Of a stretch of DNA of 64,000 bases, positions 62,130-64,000 are shown in pieces. How positions within the stretch are numbered: the stretch's first letter is position 1; each line of letters opens with the position of its first letter. This DNA is from Podarcis liolepis (Eukaryota): assembly GCA_965112155.1 (NCBI GenBank), contig OZ218100.1; one strand, written 5' to 3'. The notes beneath the pieces were generated by a model. The model made no database searches. It saw nothing but the letters and a program-made list of their open reading frames with translations, and was not told the origin of the DNA. Position numbers and translations under genes: made by a program.

Positions 62130-62741
62130 TCTAATCCAGTGGTTATCTAATCCAGAGGCTGCAGTCAACCACTTGCGCCTAGCAGCTGATTTTGAACAAC
62201 CACAATCCCAACCAAAGTTACAGAAACACAACTCTCTGTACCCTTTCTATCAATTTCAGTCCCCTGATTCTGAAGAGAATTCTTTCCAGCAGTGCCTTTC
62301 TACAAACATTTTGCATTGCTCAAACATCCTATTGGTCTATCTTTCCCCCTTTCTTTTATGCCATTGGCCAGAACACCGATCCAACCCTCTTGTGCAGTTT
62401 GGTTTTCATCTTCTTTTGACTTTTCATTAAAATGAGAAGTTTAACTTCTATACTATCATAACATAAGATTGCCTGATCTGTGAAGTCCAGCTGACTTGAT
62501 TGAGTCAGTCTAGAGGAGGCCCCTTTTTCTCACAAATCCTTTTCTCCAAAGCAGCTTCTATTGATCTGCACACATGACCTTGAGCAACCTTCTCATTTTC
62601 CAAACAGAGAGTGGTCAGACCAGCATCGTTGCTTTGCAGATCCCGTCCCACCTGCTCCCTCTCCTGGCATCTAACAAGAAAGACACTCAGCACAATTCCA
62701 TCATTCTTCTCCGGATTTTATCCCAGCACCCAGACAACCAG
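55562..62741 (+). CDS. Vac8-like (vacuolar protein 8-like) armadillo-repeat protein, 3'-partial, 367 aa in window
   Basis: join(55562..55787,56663..56785,57265..57384,57764..57883,58523..58645,58925..59007,60098..60223,61194..61239,62608..62741) = 1101 nt with no stops, GT-AG introns and consistent phases. Colinear with recalled yeast Vac8, e.g. LEALRTLAFSENPGLQKSAAL vs [21 protein letters not shown], and [29 protein letters not shown] vs [29 protein letters not shown]. Confidence 0.9.
56663..56785 (+). CDS. Vac8-like coding exon 2 (ARM1)
   Basis: TTTCTTAAG| acceptor, T|GTAAGA donor, 123 nt, phase 1-1. Confidence 0.88.
57265..57384 (+). CDS. Vac8-like coding exon 3 (ARM2)
   Basis: TTCTTGCAG| acceptor, G|GTGAGT donor, 120 nt; LLKSNDLEVQQISSSSLVNF. 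Confidence 0.88.
57764..57883 (+). CDS. Vac8-like coding exon 4 (ARM3)
   Basis: ACAG| acceptor, G|GTGAGG donor, 120 nt; [27 protein letters not shown]. Confidence 0.88.
58523..58645 (+). CDS. Vac8-like coding exon 5 (ARM4)
   Basis: TTTTGCCAG| acceptor, G|GTATTA donor, 123 nt; [31 protein letters not shown]. Confidence 0.92.
58925..59007 (+). CDS. Vac8-like coding exon 6
   Basis: CCCTTGCAG| acceptor, CAG|GTAAAC donor, 83 nt, phase 1-0; [19 protein letters not shown]. Confidence 0.9.
60098..60223 (+). CDS. Vac8-like coding exon 7
   Basis: TTCTTCAG| acceptor, AAG|GTAAAG donor, 126 nt; [13 protein letters not shown]...LLSSSVDK. Confidence 0.9.
60684..60866. mobile_element. Palindromic MITE (PIF/Harbinger-like)
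   Basis: TAA|GGCTGCATACAC ... GTGTATGCACC|TTA termini with inner CTGTAGTTTA / TAAACTACAG arms. Confidence 0.65.
61194..61239 (+). CDS. Vac8-like coding exon 8
   Basis: CTAG| acceptor, G|GTAAGT donor, 46 nt, phase 0-1; [15 protein letters not shown]. Confidence 0.88.
61913..61946. repeat. (CA)17 microsatellite
   Basis: Read directly. Confidence 0.95.
61945..62098. mobile_element. Non-autonomous DNA transposon between inverted microsatellites
   Basis: CAGCTTTTTCTGGGGGG ... CCCCCCGGAAAAATGCACTG imperfect TIRs. Confidence 0.65.
62097..62128. repeat. (TG)16 microsatellite
   Basis: Read directly. Confidence 0.95.
62608..62741 (+). CDS. Vac8-like coding exon 9
   Basis: TTTTCCAAACAG| acceptor, CAG|GTACAC donor, 134 nt, phase 1-0; LLPLLAS...IILLRILSQHPDNQ. 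Confidence 0.85.
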
Positions 62742-64000
62742 GTACACATTTCTGTTTTATATTACCCTTTGCCTTGTAAGCTTTAGTCAAATGTGCATGG
62801 CCGTAATGTTCCGAGGCAGCTCAACCTTGAAAGATGACAGTGGACAAAAGTTTCATCAAAGGTAACACATTTAAAATGACAGTTTGACACGGCCAGGTGA
62901 TCAGTAGACAATAATTCAAAATTCATTCTGAAAAGGCTTCAGCATGCATTTGAAAGTGTGGGATGATGTGCATATCCAGAAATAAGGTTGGAAAGGGAGC
63001 GCTGGGATCAAATTCTGATTATAATCATATTGGGATCTAATCTGTCTTCTCGAGATTCACATTCTGTAGCAAATATCCATTTGTGGTTGTGATGGATGGT
63101 ATAGCTGCTTTGGCATTGGAGAAAATCTTCTGTGACAGAGGAAACCTGAACAATTAATCCTCAGTAGAGATGTTTATATTGTCTTCTGTTGGGTCAGCTT
63201 TTCATCTTGGTTTGCTCAGACTTCTTGTTTCAATGCCCTCCAGCCTGGGGTTGTTTTTTTAAAGACCTTTTCAAGGATTCCCATTCTGCTCTGACCTGAA
63301 TTCCAAGTGAAGTAGAAAAGGAGCTCTCCATGGGAACCCCAGCAGGAAAACAAACTGTGGGACAAAGCTAACATTTCCAACCAAGATGAACTAATGTTTC
63401 AGTGGTTACCAACACTACACTGTGTTCCTAGGGAAGAAGAAATCATTTGTTCTTTGGTGACTTTGGGTTTGGTTGACTTCATAGCACCTTCATTCCTTAA
63501 CAAACGGAAAAGCCCCACATCTTCATAATATAAACTTGCCTGCAAAAATGCATTCGGATGTGGGAGTGACATACGAGTCTCAATATGGTGGGACACAGGC
63601 ATCAATAAAACGAATGGAGGTTGTAACAAGGGAGGTTTGTGGTGGAACAGGAAAGTCAAATCCTGCATGTGCCATTGGATGCACACACACATTTCAGTAT
63701 CATCTGATGTGGTTTGGAGGTAGTGGAGGCTCGATTTCTCCGCATTGCTGCCATGAGTTGGGACTGAAACACGAAGAGACAATTTGTGGAGCTTTTCATA
63801 GTTCTTCATAATTGTAGCTCCCAAATTGCAATACACTTGTTGCAGTTCATCCTAAATGTAAAGAGTTTTAAAAACTTAAAGCATATCTCTTTGATTCCTT
63901 AGTAATTCATTCACTCTACTCTTTTTGGTGCCTGCTTTAAAAAAAAAAAAGCATGTTTGTTTCAAAAGGCCTGTCTGGACATGCAGAATATTGGCATGTG

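Noticed and set aside
55562-62741. Calling the ARM gene ARMC3, beta-catenin/plakoglobin, importin-alpha or MAP7
   Set aside because: No IBB domain or catenin N-terminal degron, MAP7 is not an ARM protein, and the motifs track Vac8 specifically; no gene symbol assigned.

Overview
Vertebrate genomic DNA from a squamate reptile, most likely a lacertid lizard, judged from its Sauria SINE, tRNA-Lys/CR1-tailed SINE, L2, CR1, RTE and MITE content. I built three spliced genes by hand from GT-AG boundaries and phase continuity. (1) MTFR2, minus strand, 7 coding exons at 21007-10103, 339 aa, with a CpG-island promoter near 22.2-22.4 kb. (2) BCLAF1, minus strand, 11 coding exons at 46374-27829, 918 aa, plus two 5'UTR exons and a CpG-island promoter near 52.4 kb. 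(3) A plus-strand armadillo-repeat gene lying head-to-head with BCLAF1. It has 9 intact coding exons at 55562-62741 (367 aa so far, 3' end not resolved in this window). Its spliced product aligns motif by motif with fungal Vac8, including an MG-x-x-C lipidation-type N-terminus. To my knowledge there is no protein-coding gene at this position (between BCLAF1 and MAP7) in human, so this is the main finding. Other observations are conserved and candidate regulatory splicing in BCLAF1 (exon 5a acceptor, possible poison exons, uORFs), a probable bidirectional promoter, and several well-defined transposon insertions. There is one 274-nt assembly gap. No database searches could be run; all homology calls come from recalled protein sequences.
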